The position numbers and the translations under genes are program-made. The notes under the pieces are model-generated. The model was not told the origin of the DNA, made no database searches, and saw only the letters and a program-made list of their open reading frames with translations. From Acutalibacteraceae bacterium (GTDB lineage: Bacteria; Bacillota; Clostridia; Oscillospirales; Acutalibacteraceae): a DNA stretch of 64,000 bases. Positions within the stretch are counted from its first letter, which is position 1. Each line of letters starts with the position of its first letter. The stretch spans positions 1,945 to 65,944 of the forward strand of contig JAZNOP010000005.1 in NCBI GenBank assembly GCA_045580875.1, written 5' to 3'. This document shows positions 38,385 to 47,226 of this stretch, piece after piece.

Positions 38385-38684
38385 TTATTTCAGTGAAGGC
38401 AGGTCAGTTCCTGACAGCGCGTTCGAAATCGCATCTGACGCTGCATCTGCAGCGGAACTCTTGATAAGATCCCAGAGGTAAGCGAGCATTTTTTCGCCGG
38501 TAGATGCAATAAAGGCAAGATCGATAACGTTAAAAGCAATCAGAACAACGCCGACAACCAGAATGGCAGTCAACAGGGGCTTTGCGATGCTGTTGAGCAG
38601 CTTGAGTGCCAGAACAACAAGTACAATTATAATTACGATGTTGAGCAGGCTGGAATAAGGTGAAGATTCGAGCCATTCCTTCAT
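38385..38684 (-). CDS. small two-TM membrane protein
   Basis: ORF track start is 38708. I prefer ATG 38684 (GGAGGG SD). 99 aa with two hydrophobic helices. Confidence 0.55.
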   Translation of the reverse strand: MKEWLESSPYSSLLNIVIIIVLVVLALKLLNSIAKPLLTAILVVGVVLIAFNVIDLAFIASTGEKMLAYLWDLIKSSAADAASDAISNALSGTDLPSLK

Positions 38685-38784
38685 GATGATACCCTCCGTA
38701 AAATTCATATTGGACTGTCTGCTGTCAGCTTAAGTATACACCATTTACGTGAAAAAGACAATATTAATTGTATTTTTCTGCAGG

Positions 38785-39045
38785 TTAAGCTGATTGCTTT
38801 TCATCGGGCTCGCGTGTGAAGGCATTGCATGAAAGACCGCGTTCCTTTGCCAGTCTAATAAGACATCGGTAGCGCGCCTCAAGTGATTCGAGCTCATACA
38901 CGCATGATTCTATCATATCAGCATCACTTTCGGCATTGAACCACTCACGCACAGAGTTGATCGCAAGCACAGTAGAGCGAATATCGTCCAGTAAATCGGA
39001 CGACCTCTGCTGTGGTTTCAGAATGTATCGTCTCCAGAATTCCAT
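38785..39045 (-). CDS. small DUF2508/YaaL-like protein
   Basis: ORF track start is 39126 (TTG). I prefer ATG 39045 (GGAGGG SD). 86 aa, helical; the pattern ...CVYELESLEARYRCLIRLAKERG resembles DUF2508. Tentative. Confidence 0.45.
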   Translation of the reverse strand: MEFWRRYILKPQQRSSDLLDDIRSTVLAINSVREWFNAESDADMIESCVYELESLEARYRCLIRLAKERGLSCNAFTREPDEKQSA

Positions 39046-39126
39046 CTTTGTCCCTCCGCAATTAATGAGTGAGGCTATTATGACACAGTGGGGGGAGGAA
39101 AAGTGGTGTAATATGTAGAATGGCAA

Positions 39127-39158
39127 AAATAAAAACGCGGTCAGTTAAACTGACCGCG
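39127..39158 (-). terminator. intrinsic terminator after secG
   Basis: 10-bp stem CGCGGTCAGT (39136-39145) / ACTGACCGCG (39149-39158). The minus strand has a following T-run (plus-strand A-run 39126-39135). Confidence 0.85.
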
Positions 39159-39181
39159 TAAAAAAGCAATTTAATTCGTGA

Positions 39182-39436
39182 TTACATAAGGCTTGCGAAA
39201 GCAAGAAGATCGCAGATGAGAGCAATGATGAAGAAAGCAACAGCAATAACCTTGGTCCACTTTGCAAGGAAAGCGTCAAGAGTACGTGCCTTGTTCTTGC
39301 TGAGGAAGGAATCAGCTGCACCGCCGATAGCACCGGACAGACCAGCCTGCTGACCTTCCTGAAGAATAACAACTGCGATAACTGCGACAGCCAATATAAG
39401 AAGAATTACACTGCAGATAATAAGCCATACACTCAT
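39182..39436 (-). CDS. secG: preprotein translocase subunit SecG
   Basis: 84 aa. Two TM helices flank the GLSGAIGGAADSF loop. Confidence 0.85.
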   Translation of the reverse strand: MSVWLIICSVILLILAVAVIAVVILQEGQQAGLSGAIGGAADSFLSKNKARTLDAFLAKWTKVIAVAFFIIALICDLLAFASLM

Positions 39437-39547
39437 GATATAAACCTCCGAAAAATCAATAAATCAGCCATATAACTATATCACAATATATTGGGGTTTG
39501 CAAGTCCTTTTTTTAAAAATTGTGAATAAAGTGTTATATTCATGTTT

Positions 39548-41230
39548 TTATTCGAGCGAATCGATAAGAGCTCCGACTTCTGCGGCTACACTAGAGAGTG
39601 CGCCCTTGGCAAACGGAGATGCGAGTCCGGCTTCTGCAATCAGATCAGTGAACACAAGCTCACCGCCATGGCAGAGGTAACGATTGTAACGTGCAAATGC
39701 ATCGTCATAATCCTTCTGGGACTCAAGAAGGAACTCAAATGCGACGACCTGAGCAAGACAGTAATCGATATAATAGAAGGGGGATTCATAAATGTGCATC
39801 TGATACTGCCAGCGTGTGCCTTTCTCGAGGTAGGGGATACCGTCAGTGACCATGTAGGGCTTGAACTGCTGCTCAAGCTTTTTCCACTCAGCGTTGCGCT
39901 GTGCAGGTGTCATGTCAGGATTTGCGTAAATAATATGCTGGAAGTAGTCAACGATGGTACCGTAAGGTATGAATGTAAGAGCATCAAGTGCATGCATATA
40001 CTTGTACTGCTGAGCTTTTTCTCCGAAGAATTTGTCGATATATTTCCATGCAAAGAATTCCATGCTCATTGAATGGGTTTCTGCAGTCTCCATGCCGCCG
40101 ATGCCGAGCTCACGTATCTCGTTGTCAGCAGTCATGTAATCAGCGAAGGCATGACCGGCTTCGTGAGTCATGACGTCAATATCAGCGGCAGTGCCGTTGA
40201 AGTTGGCGAGAATGAAGGGCTGCTTGTATTTGGCAAAACTTGTGCAGTATCCGCCGCCCCATTTGCCTTCGCGGGCATCAACATCAAAGGCTTCGTTCTC
40301 AAGCATCATGTCAATGAATTTTGCTGTGTTGGGGCTCATTTCGTGATACATCTCACGTGCGGCGCTGAAGATACCTTCCTTGTCAAGGATTGGACGGGGA
40401 TTTCCGCCGGGGACGATTACAGAGTCATCATACATCATAACTCTGTCCAGTCCAAGACGTTCTGCAACTCTTGCCTTGAGTGCTGCAACAACAGGAACAA
40501 TATCGTTCAGAACATTGGCGCGGAATCCAGCCACCATTTCCTGATCGTAGCACATTCTGCCCATGCGATAATAACCGAGTTCGATGAAATTCTCATAACC
40601 CATCTTTTTGGCCATGCGGTCACGAACCTTGACGAGCTTGTCAAAAATGGTGTCGAGTGTTTCGGAAACCTCTTCGAAACGGCGGCCCATGCACTCCATT
40701 GCCTCGCGTCTGGTTTCTCTGTCATCATCCTGAATGAAACCGGCAAGCTTGGTTCGAGTCATTTCCTCACCGCGGAAATTAAACATGAGATTTGACATGA
40801 AGTTGGAATATTCGGTTACCAGCTTGTTTTCCTCGATCATATCCTCGATGATGACCGGAGAAACAGATTTGCTGGCAACCTCGAATTTCTTGAAGAGAAC
40901 GGGAGAAAGCAGCTCCTCGAGCCTGGCTCGGTGAGGAGATTCAAGCATGAGCTTGGCGTACTGGACATCGATATTCTCAAGCTCAGGCATTATTTCGTCA
41001 TAATAATCCTGCTCAGCTGCATAGAACGGATCTCTTGTATCGAGGGTAAAGCGGCACTGAGCAAGAGCAATAGCTGTTTCAGCCTCGATCATAAGCTGTT
41101 GATATTTTTTACGTGCGCTTATTACACAGTTCTCACATCCGGCATTGCGTATCTCGTCGAAAATTGCTTCAGCAGTTTCGCGGATATGTTCGATTGTACA
41201 GCGCTCATAAGGGAGTTCACGGACTTTCAT
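39548..41230 (-). CDS. pepF: M3B oligoendopeptidase F family
   Basis: 560 aa. HEAGHAF zinc motif. AGGAGGA SD. Confidence 0.88.
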   Translation of the reverse strand: MKVRELPYERCTIEHIRETAEAIFDEIRNAGCENCVISARKKYQQLMIEAETAIALAQCRFTLDTRDPFYAAEQDYYDEIMPELENIDVQYAKLMLESPHRARLEELLSPVLFKKFEVASKSVSPVIIEDMIEENKLVTEYSNFMSNLMFNFRGEEMTRTKLAGFIQDDDRETRREAMECMGRRFEEVSETLDTIFDKLVKVRDRMAKKMGYENFIELGYYRMGRMCYDQEMVAGFRANVLNDIVPVVAALKARVAERLGLDRVMMYDDSVIVPGGNPRPILDKEGIFSAAREMYHEMSPNTAKFIDMMLENEAFDVDAREGKWGGGYCTSFAKYKQPFILANFNGTAADIDVMTHEAGHAFADYMTADNEIRELGIGGMETAETHSMSMEFFAWKYIDKFFGEKAQQYKYMHALDALTFIPYGTIVDYFQHIIYANPDMTPAQRNAEWKKLEQQFKPYMVTDGIPYLEKGTRWQYQMHIYESPFYYIDYCLAQVVAFEFLLESQKDYDDAFARYNRYLCHGGELVFTDLIAEAGLASPFAKGALSSVAAEVGALIDSLE

Positions 41231-41271
41231 TGTATTATCCTCCTGTTTTGATTCTGGTCAGATGTCAGATG

Positions 41272-42867
41272 TCAGCGGATTTCCGGTCGAAGCTTCACAA
41301 GCTCATCACGGCTCATGCTGTCCGAAGAAATGGAAATATATCTGTCTCGATAATGCGTTGTCACACCATCCTTGGTGACATCATATTCCATATACATTTC
41401 ATTTGAATTGGCTGCAACTGATGTTCTGGACGATGCAGGCGCAAAGGCAAGCAGACCGTCATTGAACTCATAGGAGCCGGACTTTTTTGATTCGTCAATG
41501 CACTCTGACATATCCTCGGAAAATGTAAAACGATATGTACGGTAGGCATTGTCCAGACGGAAAATAGCATAGTAATAATCGAGTGTACCGTCAGCAATTG
41601 TATTTTTGACCGAATCACTCACAGGCTGACCGTCCGCGCCAAACTGCTGAGATACACGTTCAGTCAGCAGCCACGTTCCAAGCATACCGTAGGTGGCGCT
41701 GATCTGAGAAGTTCCGGCAGTTGTTGTAGTGGTTATTATTGTAGCGTTTGTCATTACCGAAGAATTATACTGAGGCAGGGCAACTGTGCCGTTTTCTATA
41801 GCTTCGGCATAAACAACAATGGCATCGTCACTTGCAGGCTCATCGAATACTCTGAGAAGAGCATATTCAACATAGCAGGGAGAACCGTTGATATCAAAGG
41901 TGTCATATACGCACATATATGATCCGCTGAGCACAACTGAAGGAGCTGAGGTGCCGCCAATGATGAGCGGACCGGAATATACATTTGAAGCATAGGAATA
42001 AGTCAGCTTTTCGTGTGTAAGCACAGCGGCTGCGCTGCCGGAGCAGCGGTCAAGCTCACCTGCGTTGAAGCTGTAGAACTGAAGCGGAATAGAGTGGGTA
42101 TAATGCTGACCGCCGGTAATCGTGTTGGTGGCAAGATCCTGAATGTAATATGAGCAGAGTACCCAGGTACCGTGCAGCGCGTCAAGCACCGGCTCACCGT
42201 CAGGCTGGATATTCTCAGCGTTGTCAGATGGTTCAGAGCTTTCATAATCGTCAGGAGCATTGACATCGCTTGCGGACAAAGTGGGAAGAGCTCCGCCGAT
42301 CAGGTCAGTGACCATGCCGGGAAGATCAAAATATATTGCAGCAAAGGCGAGTGCCATGAATGCAAACCATACGAGCAGAGCGGTGACCGTGCCGCTTGAG
42401 ATTTTCTTTTCCGCCTCAGCGGCTGCAGCTTCTTCCTCCGGAGAAGAAACTGCTTCTGTCAGATCTGCTTCGGAGGTGTCATTCTCCTGAGGCTGAGAGC
42501 TGTTCATACCGTAAGGCTGCATGCCGTATTGCTGCTGATTTACAGTGCTGTAGGGCTGGGCGCCGTACTGCGGCTGGCTGTTGACACTGTAAGGCTGCAT
42601 ACCATACTGTGACTGCTGACCACCAGAATAAGGCTGAGCGCCGTAGGGCATCTGCTGAGGTCTGCCGGTACCGTAGGGCTGTGCGCTGTACTGCGGCTGA
42701 CCACCGGGAGCATACTGCGGACGGCTGAACTGCTGCTGAGGGTTATACTGACCGGCTCCGGGAACATACTGCGGAGCTGCCGGTGCAGCCGGAGTGAACG
42801 GTGTTGAACAGAACTGACATTCGCGCATGGAATCAGGCGAGCTGTTTCCGCATACAGGACATATCAT
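41272..42867 (-). CDS. zinc-ribbon / Q-P-Y-G repeat / single-TM protein with extracytoplasmic domain
   Basis: 531 aa. MICPVCGN...CQFCS ribbon, about 100 aa of (Q)QYG(A/M)QPY(S/G) repeats, acidic linker, one TM helix, and a ~340-aa outside domain with no motif I recognise. Confidence 0.65.
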   Translation of the reverse strand: MICPVCGNSSPDSMRECQFCSTPFTPAAPAAPQYVPGAGQYNPQQQFSRPQYAPGGQPQYSAQPYGTGRPQQMPYGAQPYSGGQQSQYGMQPYSVNSQPQYGAQPYSTVNQQQYGMQPYGMNSSQPQENDTSEADLTEAVSSPEEEAAAAEAEKKISSGTVTALLVWFAFMALAFAAIYFDLPGMVTDLIGGALPTLSASDVNAPDDYESSEPSDNAENIQPDGEPVLDALHGTWVLCSYYIQDLATNTITGGQHYTHSIPLQFYSFNAGELDRCSGSAAAVLTHEKLTYSYASNVYSGPLIIGGTSAPSVVLSGSYMCVYDTFDINGSPCYVEYALLRVFDEPASDDAIVVYAEAIENGTVALPQYNSSVMTNATIITTTTTAGTSQISATYGMLGTWLLTERVSQQFGADGQPVSDSVKNTIADGTLDYYYAIFRLDNAYRTYRFTFSEDMSECIDESKKSGSYEFNDGLLAFAPASSRTSVAANSNEMYMEYDVTKDGVTTHYRDRYISISSDSMSRDELVKLRPEIR

Positions 42868-42993
42868 TAATTTGTCCCCCTTTTCTTCAAGCGTTTGCTG
42901 GTGATTGATTTTGGTCTGCAGTGTTCATGCTGAATACTGTCAGTGGAAATGGAATAAAAAACCATGAAGGCGAATAGAATGCATTGAAATACG

Positions 42994-43287
42994 TTATACA
43001 AATATGATCAGCAGGGTGATGACGATAACCTGCACTATGAATATTGCAGGAATTCCAACCATAAATTTGAGGTGCTGTGTTTTATGGCGTATTTTTCGCA
43101 TGGTCAGATACATGGCTACAGATCCGCCCATAGCAGCGATAATAAGTAATGTGCGTTCAGGGACGCGGCGTTTCTTTTTTGCTGATTCTCCGTTGTGAAC
43201 AGCCAGCTTCTTATCGTGGATTGTTACAAAGCAGGCAAAGATGCTGATTACTGCGAGATAGACCAGAAAAATCCAGAGACCGGGCAT
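42994..43287 (-). CDS. DUF1294 family membrane protein
   Basis: ORF track start is 43377. I prefer ATG 43287 (AGGAGGAAG SD). Motif RVPERTLLIIAAMGGSVAMYLTMRKIRHKTQHLKF. Confidence 0.75.
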   Translation of the reverse strand: MPGLWIFLVYLAVISIFACFVTIHDKKLAVHNGESAKKKRRVPERTLLIIAAMGGSVAMYLTMRKIRHKTQHLKFMVGIPAIFIVQVIVITLLIIFV

Positions 43288-43464
43288 AATTGGCTTCCTC
43301 CTGTGCATGAATTTGTGATATTGCAAAATAATTGTATTTGATGTAATATGACATAAAAGATGTCTTAAGCGGACCAAAGAAGCGATTATTATAGAAATTT
43401 ATTATAACATACATAAAAACATAAATAAATACAAAAATATATTTTTTATGAAAAGGTATCGATT

Positions 43465-44784
43465 ATGAATAGAAAGAATAAATCGGCAGGATTGGTTGTT
43501 GTTATATGCATTCTGGCTGTTACAGTGACAGCTATGTGCCTTAGCGTTGTATCAGCAGTGTCACAGCGCAGACAGCGCGGAGAGCTTCAGCCTGTGATTC
43601 TGTATATAGGCGAGGATACGCAGAGCATCGCGGAAAGTTCGCAGCAGGAATTTATTGTTCCTGACGAAGAGAATACACCGGATTACGTTGTTCTCAGGGA
43701 AGAGACTGAGATGCGGGCGATATGGGTTCCGTATTATTCGCTTTATGATGTAGATAAGGCAATGATCGAACAGATTGTTGCTGACTGTAAATCAATGGGC
43801 GCAAACTCAATAATTTTCCATGTCCGCCCGTTTGGTGATGCTTTTTACAATTCAGCTATATATCCGTGGTCGCATTATATTACCGGAACACAGGGTGAAG
43901 ATCCCGGTAACGGATTTGACCCTCTTCAGTATGCTATAGACTGTGCACACGCAAACGGAATGCAGCTTCATGCGTGGGTAAATCCGCTCAGAATACAGAT
44001 GACGGGCGGAAAGATTCCGGCAGAGCTGTCGCAGGATAATCCGTATACAGTTTTCCGTACCGATAACGATGCATCAAATGATCTGTGGGTAGTGGATTAC
44101 AATGACGGAAAATTCTACAATCCGGGCGAAGAGGGCGCGCGTAAGCTGATTATCGATGGAATGGCAGAGATAGCTGCAAATTACAATGTCGACGGACTTC
44201 ACTGGGACGACTATTTTTATCCGGCAAATGACGATAGCTTTGACGACAGCATTTCATATCAGAATTATCTGAATGCCGGAGGAACGAAAACACTTATAGA
44301 ATGGCGAACAGAGAATATAAATTCTCTTGTAAGCGGTACATACAATAAAATCAAGGCTGTCAACAGCAACTGCGTGTTTGGCATCAGTCCGGCAGGAAAT
44401 ATAAATAACTGCCTGCTTATGGGCGCCGATGTGTATGAATGGGGCAGTGTCAGCGGTTATGTCGATTATATCTGCCCTCAGGTATATTGGTCATTTGACA
44501 GCGAAGTGGCTCCATTTGTACAGCGCTGTCACGCATGGCGTGAGCTTGTTACAGCGGAAGATGTTGATTTTTATATCGGTCTTGCGCTCTATAAAGCAGG
44601 AACTGATGCTGACAACGGTCTGTGGCTCAGCGACAGTACGATCATTGCAGACCAGATTGAATACATACGCAGTCAGAATATAGATACCGACGGATTTATG
44701 ATATTCTCTTATGAGGATCTTTTCAGGGAGAGTGCAGCAGAGGCGGTTGCTGAAATGAAGGAAGAGATTCTCGGTTTAGCCTGA
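43465..44784 (+). CDS. glycoside-hydrolase-like family 10 (GHL10/YngK-type) protein, membrane anchored
   Basis: 439 aa. N-terminal anchor, then MRAIWVPYYS...FHVRPFGDAFY...LHAWVNPLR. Confidence 0.7.
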   Translation: MNRKNKSAGLVVVICILAVTVTAMCLSVVSAVSQRRQRGELQPVILYIGEDTQSIAESSQQEFIVPDEENTPDYVVLREETEMRAIWVPYYSLYDVDKAMIEQIVADCKSMGANSIIFHVRPFGDAFYNSAIYPWSHYITGTQGEDPGNGFDPLQYAIDCAHANGMQLHAWVNPLRIQMTGGKIPAELSQDNPYTVFRTDNDASNDLWVVDYNDGKFYNPGEEGARKLIIDGMAEIAANYNVDGLHWDDYFYPANDDSFDDSISYQNYLNAGGTKTLIEWRTENINSLVSGTYNKIKAVNSNCVFGISPAGNINNCLLMGADVYEWGSVSGYVDYICPQVYWSFDSEVAPFVQRCHAWRELVTAEDVDFYIGLALYKAGTDADNGLWLSDSTIIADQIEYIRSQNIDTDGFMIFSYEDLFRESAAEAVAEMKEEILGLA

Positions 44785-44811
44785 TATAACCAAGCAGATA
44801 ATCAAACGTAA

Positions 44812-44848
44812 AGACCTGACAGATTTGAGACTGTCGGGTCTTTTTTTG
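44812..44848 (+). terminator. intrinsic terminator
   Basis: AGACCTGACAG (44812-44822) pairs with CTGTCGGGTCT (44831-44841), followed by T7. Confidence 0.85.
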
Positions 44849-44875
44849 ATCTGAAAAATTTTACGGACAGACTAC

Positions 44876-44904
44876 TTGACAAAACATAGTAGCGGTGATA
44901 TACT
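44876..44904 (+). promoter_or_regulatory. sigma-A promoter of the padR module
   Basis: TTGACA (44876-44881), 17-nt spacer, TATACT (44899-44904). Confidence 0.6.
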
Positions 44905-44945
44905 CAGTTCAACAATTATGCAATACCGAGTAGTGAGGTGAGAAT

Positions 44946-45269
44946 ATGGATGATACACAGCTTCTCAAAGGTATCCCCCAGGGCGGGATTCTCTCGGTTA
45001 TCAGCAGAGGGGAGACCTACGGATATGAAATTCTATCCGTGCTCAATGAAAAAGGCTTTGAAAATCTGATTGAAGGAACTCTTTATCCGGTACTGACGCG
45101 GCTGGAGAAAAAGGGTCTTGTCTCAAGCCGTATGGGCAAATCTCCGCTCGGCCCGTCACGCAAATATTTCTCAATTACTTCAGCGGGTCAGGAATATCTT
45201 GCCGGCTTTATTGAGAATTACAGAAGAATAACTGATATAGCACAGAAAATACTGATTGAAGAGGAGTAA
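44946..45269 (+). CDS. PadR family transcriptional regulator
   Basis: 107 aa. GYEILSVLNEKGF...GTLYPVLTRLEKKGLV. Confidence 0.88.
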   Translation: MDDTQLLKGIPQGGILSVISRGETYGYEILSVLNEKGFENLIEGTLYPVLTRLEKKGLVSSRMGKSPLGPSRKYFSITSAGQEYLAGFIENYRRITDIAQKILIEEE

Positions 45270-45275
45270 TGGAAA

Positions 45276-46400
45276 ATGAACATTCCGGTAAGTTACATTG
45301 AGACAAAAAATACCCTCAGGGGAGAGTATCTTGAAGTATTTGAACAGATTGAAAGCTATTGTACAACAAAGCTTATGACAGAGCAGGAGCTTGACGACAG
45401 GATGACTTATCTGCTTGATATATTTGCAGAAGCACAGGCGAATAATGTGCCCGTAAGAAGCGTAACCGGTGATGATATCAAGCAGTTCTGCGGGGATTTT
45501 CTCAGTGACTGCAGCTGGCGCAGCCTTTTCGGATATATTGCGCAGGTTCTGAAAAGGATATCGTGGGTAACCGTATTCCTTCTGGGTATTACCGTTGTCT
45601 GTGAACTGATAAGTGGAAACATTAATGCAGCAGACGTTCTCATGAACAATTCAAAAGCGGCTTCATGGCTTGCTGTAGGTGTCACAGCCGGTGTACTTAT
45701 GCAGCTTGCAGCCGGACTTATCATCAGAAGTTTTATTTTCAAGGCAAAGAAATACCGTAGTATATACAGCAAAATGGTAAATGGTACGATCTGGACTGCC
45801 GGAATTGCCGCTGTTATTGTATTCAGTTTTTCGGAACTGACTCTGCCTGTTTCCGATGCGGCAGTGCTGGTGCTTTCTGTTCTGTATCTTGCAGGTTATT
45901 ACGTGGTACGCGGTATACTTAACCAAAAGAACGGTCACAGGTTCTTCTATGACGGCTCGCAGAAGCAGCGTACTACCTTCGGGCAGCAGGTCGTTACCTC
46001 AATGGTAGGCGAGTTTCGCCGCGATTATGATAAGAAAAACGAGAGACTTGCAAGAAAAGGAAAGCCTCTGATGTCTCAGGAAGACTATCTTGCAAAGACT
46101 GTCAAGGATACAAAAGCGGCTAAAATATCAACAATTGTGAGCTTTGGACTGATTGCGGCAGGATACATATCGAGCATCATATCTGTAGCGGCAGATTCGG
46201 CTCCGGCAGACACATTGTTTTATGCAGCTACAATGGTTATTGTACTTGTGATTTTGTATTTTGTCATATTTTATCCGCTTGTAGTGTATCCTTATCTTAT
46301 ACGTAAGAAGTTCTTCGGAATACTTGAAAAAAGCGGTAAAAATCTGTTTGACAAGGATGCGTATGATTGTATTGCAAAATACTATGAAGATGCCGAATAA
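45276..46400 (+). CDS. PadR-associated polytopic membrane protein (DUF1129-like)
   Basis: 374 aa. Soluble helical N-terminal ~90 aa, then about 6 hydrophobic helices. Starts 6 nt after the padR stop. Confidence 0.55.
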   Translation: MNIPVSYIETKNTLRGEYLEVFEQIESYCTTKLMTEQELDDRMTYLLDIFAEAQANNVPVRSVTGDDIKQFCGDFLSDCSWRSLFGYIAQVLKRISWVTVFLLGITVVCELISGNINAADVLMNNSKAASWLAVGVTAGVLMQLAAGLIIRSFIFKAKKYRSIYSKMVNGTIWTAGIAAVIVFSFSELTLPVSDAAVLVLSVLYLAGYYVVRGILNQKNGHRFFYDGSQKQRTTFGQQVVTSMVGEFRRDYDKKNERLARKGKPLMSQEDYLAKTVKDTKAAKISTIVSFGLIAAGYISSIISVAADSAPADTLFYAATMVIVLVILYFVIFYPLVVYPYLIRKKFFGILEKSGKNLFDKDAYDCIAKYYEDAE

Positions 46401-46430
46401 AAATTAAGAGTGAGCAAGTGTAAAATTTAT

Positions 46431-46461
46431 AGCCCGGCAGGGGATACCTGCCGGGCTTTTT
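46431..46461. terminator. bidirectional intrinsic terminator
   Basis: AGCCCGGCAGG (46431-46441) pairs with CCTGCCGGGCT (46447-46457), followed by T5. It lies between convergent genes. Confidence 0.85.
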
Positions 46462-46495
46462 GCAGCCGCATAATTGCAGTTACAAAATCAGATTG

Positions 46496-46654
46496 TTAGC
46501 AGCCGCAGCCGCAACCGTTGTTGTAGTTGGTGCAGCCGTTGCCGCGATTGTCATAGTCATTGCCGCAGCAGAAAGTACCGTTCTGGCTCAGAAGGAATAC
46601 GATGACCAGAATGAGAACCCATGTGCAGCTGTTGCCGCCGAAAAGACAGTTCAT
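46496..46654 (-). CDS. unannotated 52-aa Cys/Gly/Asn-rich single-TM micro-protein (YjcZ-like tiny membrane protein?)
   Basis: Below the 60-aa track cutoff. ATG 46654 is preceded by AAAGGAGGTGA (46674-46664). Sequence: MNCLFGGNSCTWVLILVIVFLLSQNGTFCCGNDYDNRGNGCTNYNNGCGCGC, stop TAA at 46498-46496. A terminator hairpin follows. Confidence 0.6.
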   Translation of the reverse strand: MNCLFGGNSCTWVLILVIVFLLSQNGTFCCGNDYDNRGNGCTNYNNGCGCGC

Positions 46655-46720
46655 GTCGTTTCACCTCCTTTGGTGTGGGTTACAATACATACTATGACAG
46701 ATGCGCAGAAGTGTTACATT

Positions 46721-46743
46721 GGTCAAAGTCAAACAAAGTCAAA
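46721..46743 (+). promoter_or_regulatory. CtsR-type operator copy (heptad direct repeats)
   Basis: GGTCAAAGTCAAACAAAGTCAAA contains AGTCAAA-CAA-AGTCAAA (46727-46743). This matches the (A/G)GTCAAA-NAN-(A/G)GTCAAA consensus exactly, with a third overlapping GGTCAAA heptad. Confidence 0.55.
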
Positions 46744-46968
46744 AATTACTGTAACTGTCTACTTGGCACTGACAAAAAGTTCTACTAATACTGACAAAAT
46801 TTCGAAAAGAGAAAAAGGCGAGGTAAAAGTGGTAAGGAAGCCGGCAAAGAGAGCTGGTGTAGGGGAGAGAGGCGAGGACGAAGAAAGGCGGACAAAGTTG
46901 CGATGGAGAGATTGAGTGTGAGAGTGTGTATGGAGATTATCCGTAGATGTGTTGGATATTTAGCGATT

Positions 46969-47012
46969 GAATATCCGGTGAATATCCGGCGAATGTCCGG
47001 GTAAATCTTCGT
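46969..47012 (+). repeat. 11-nt tandem repeat, 3-4 units
   Basis: GAATATCCGGT / GAATATCCGGC / GAATGTCCGGG / TAAATCTTCGT. Confidence 0.7.
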
Positions 47013-47097
47013 TTATATCGCCGCACTTGTAAAAATTCAATCCAAAGTCCTTAAAAAAGAGTTTAAGAACAGGGTGTAAGTCTTGTATATATAAGTG

Positions 47098-47226
47098 AGG
47101 GCTCTCAATACAGAGCAGGCTCCCTAAAAGATTTAGCCCCTTATGGGGCAATCCGATTTCCGCCCAACAGTGGGCAAAAACCGAGAGCCTATCCTGTTGT
47201 CGTGAGTAGGATAGGCTCGTTTTTTT
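47098..47226 (+). ncRNA. candidate ~130-nt sRNA convergent with, and 3'-overlapping, the 47-aa ORF mRNA
   Basis: Promoter-like TTAAGA (47063-47068), 17-nt spacer, TATATA (47086-47091). Hairpins GCCCC-TTAT-GGGGC (47136-47149) and GCCCA-ACAG-TGGGC (47162-47175). It ends in the bidirectional terminator. No family recognised. Confidence 0.3.
47185..47226. terminator. bidirectional intrinsic terminator
   Basis: GAGCCTATCCT (47185-47195) pairs with AGGATAGGCTC (47208-47218). A5 lies upstream (47176-47180) and T7 downstream (47220-47226). Confidence 0.85.

Noticed and set aside
40073-40795. 240-aa plus-strand ORF, plus several 60-176-aa ORFs, inside pepF
   Set aside because: They are antisense to an M3 peptidase gene with the HEAGH motif, and are typical shadow ORFs.
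46460-46915. 151-aa plus-strand ORF (TTG start)
   Set aside because: It starts inside the terminator T-run and runs antisense through the well-supported 52-aa micro-ORF, then through a purine-rich low-complexity tract. It has no SD.
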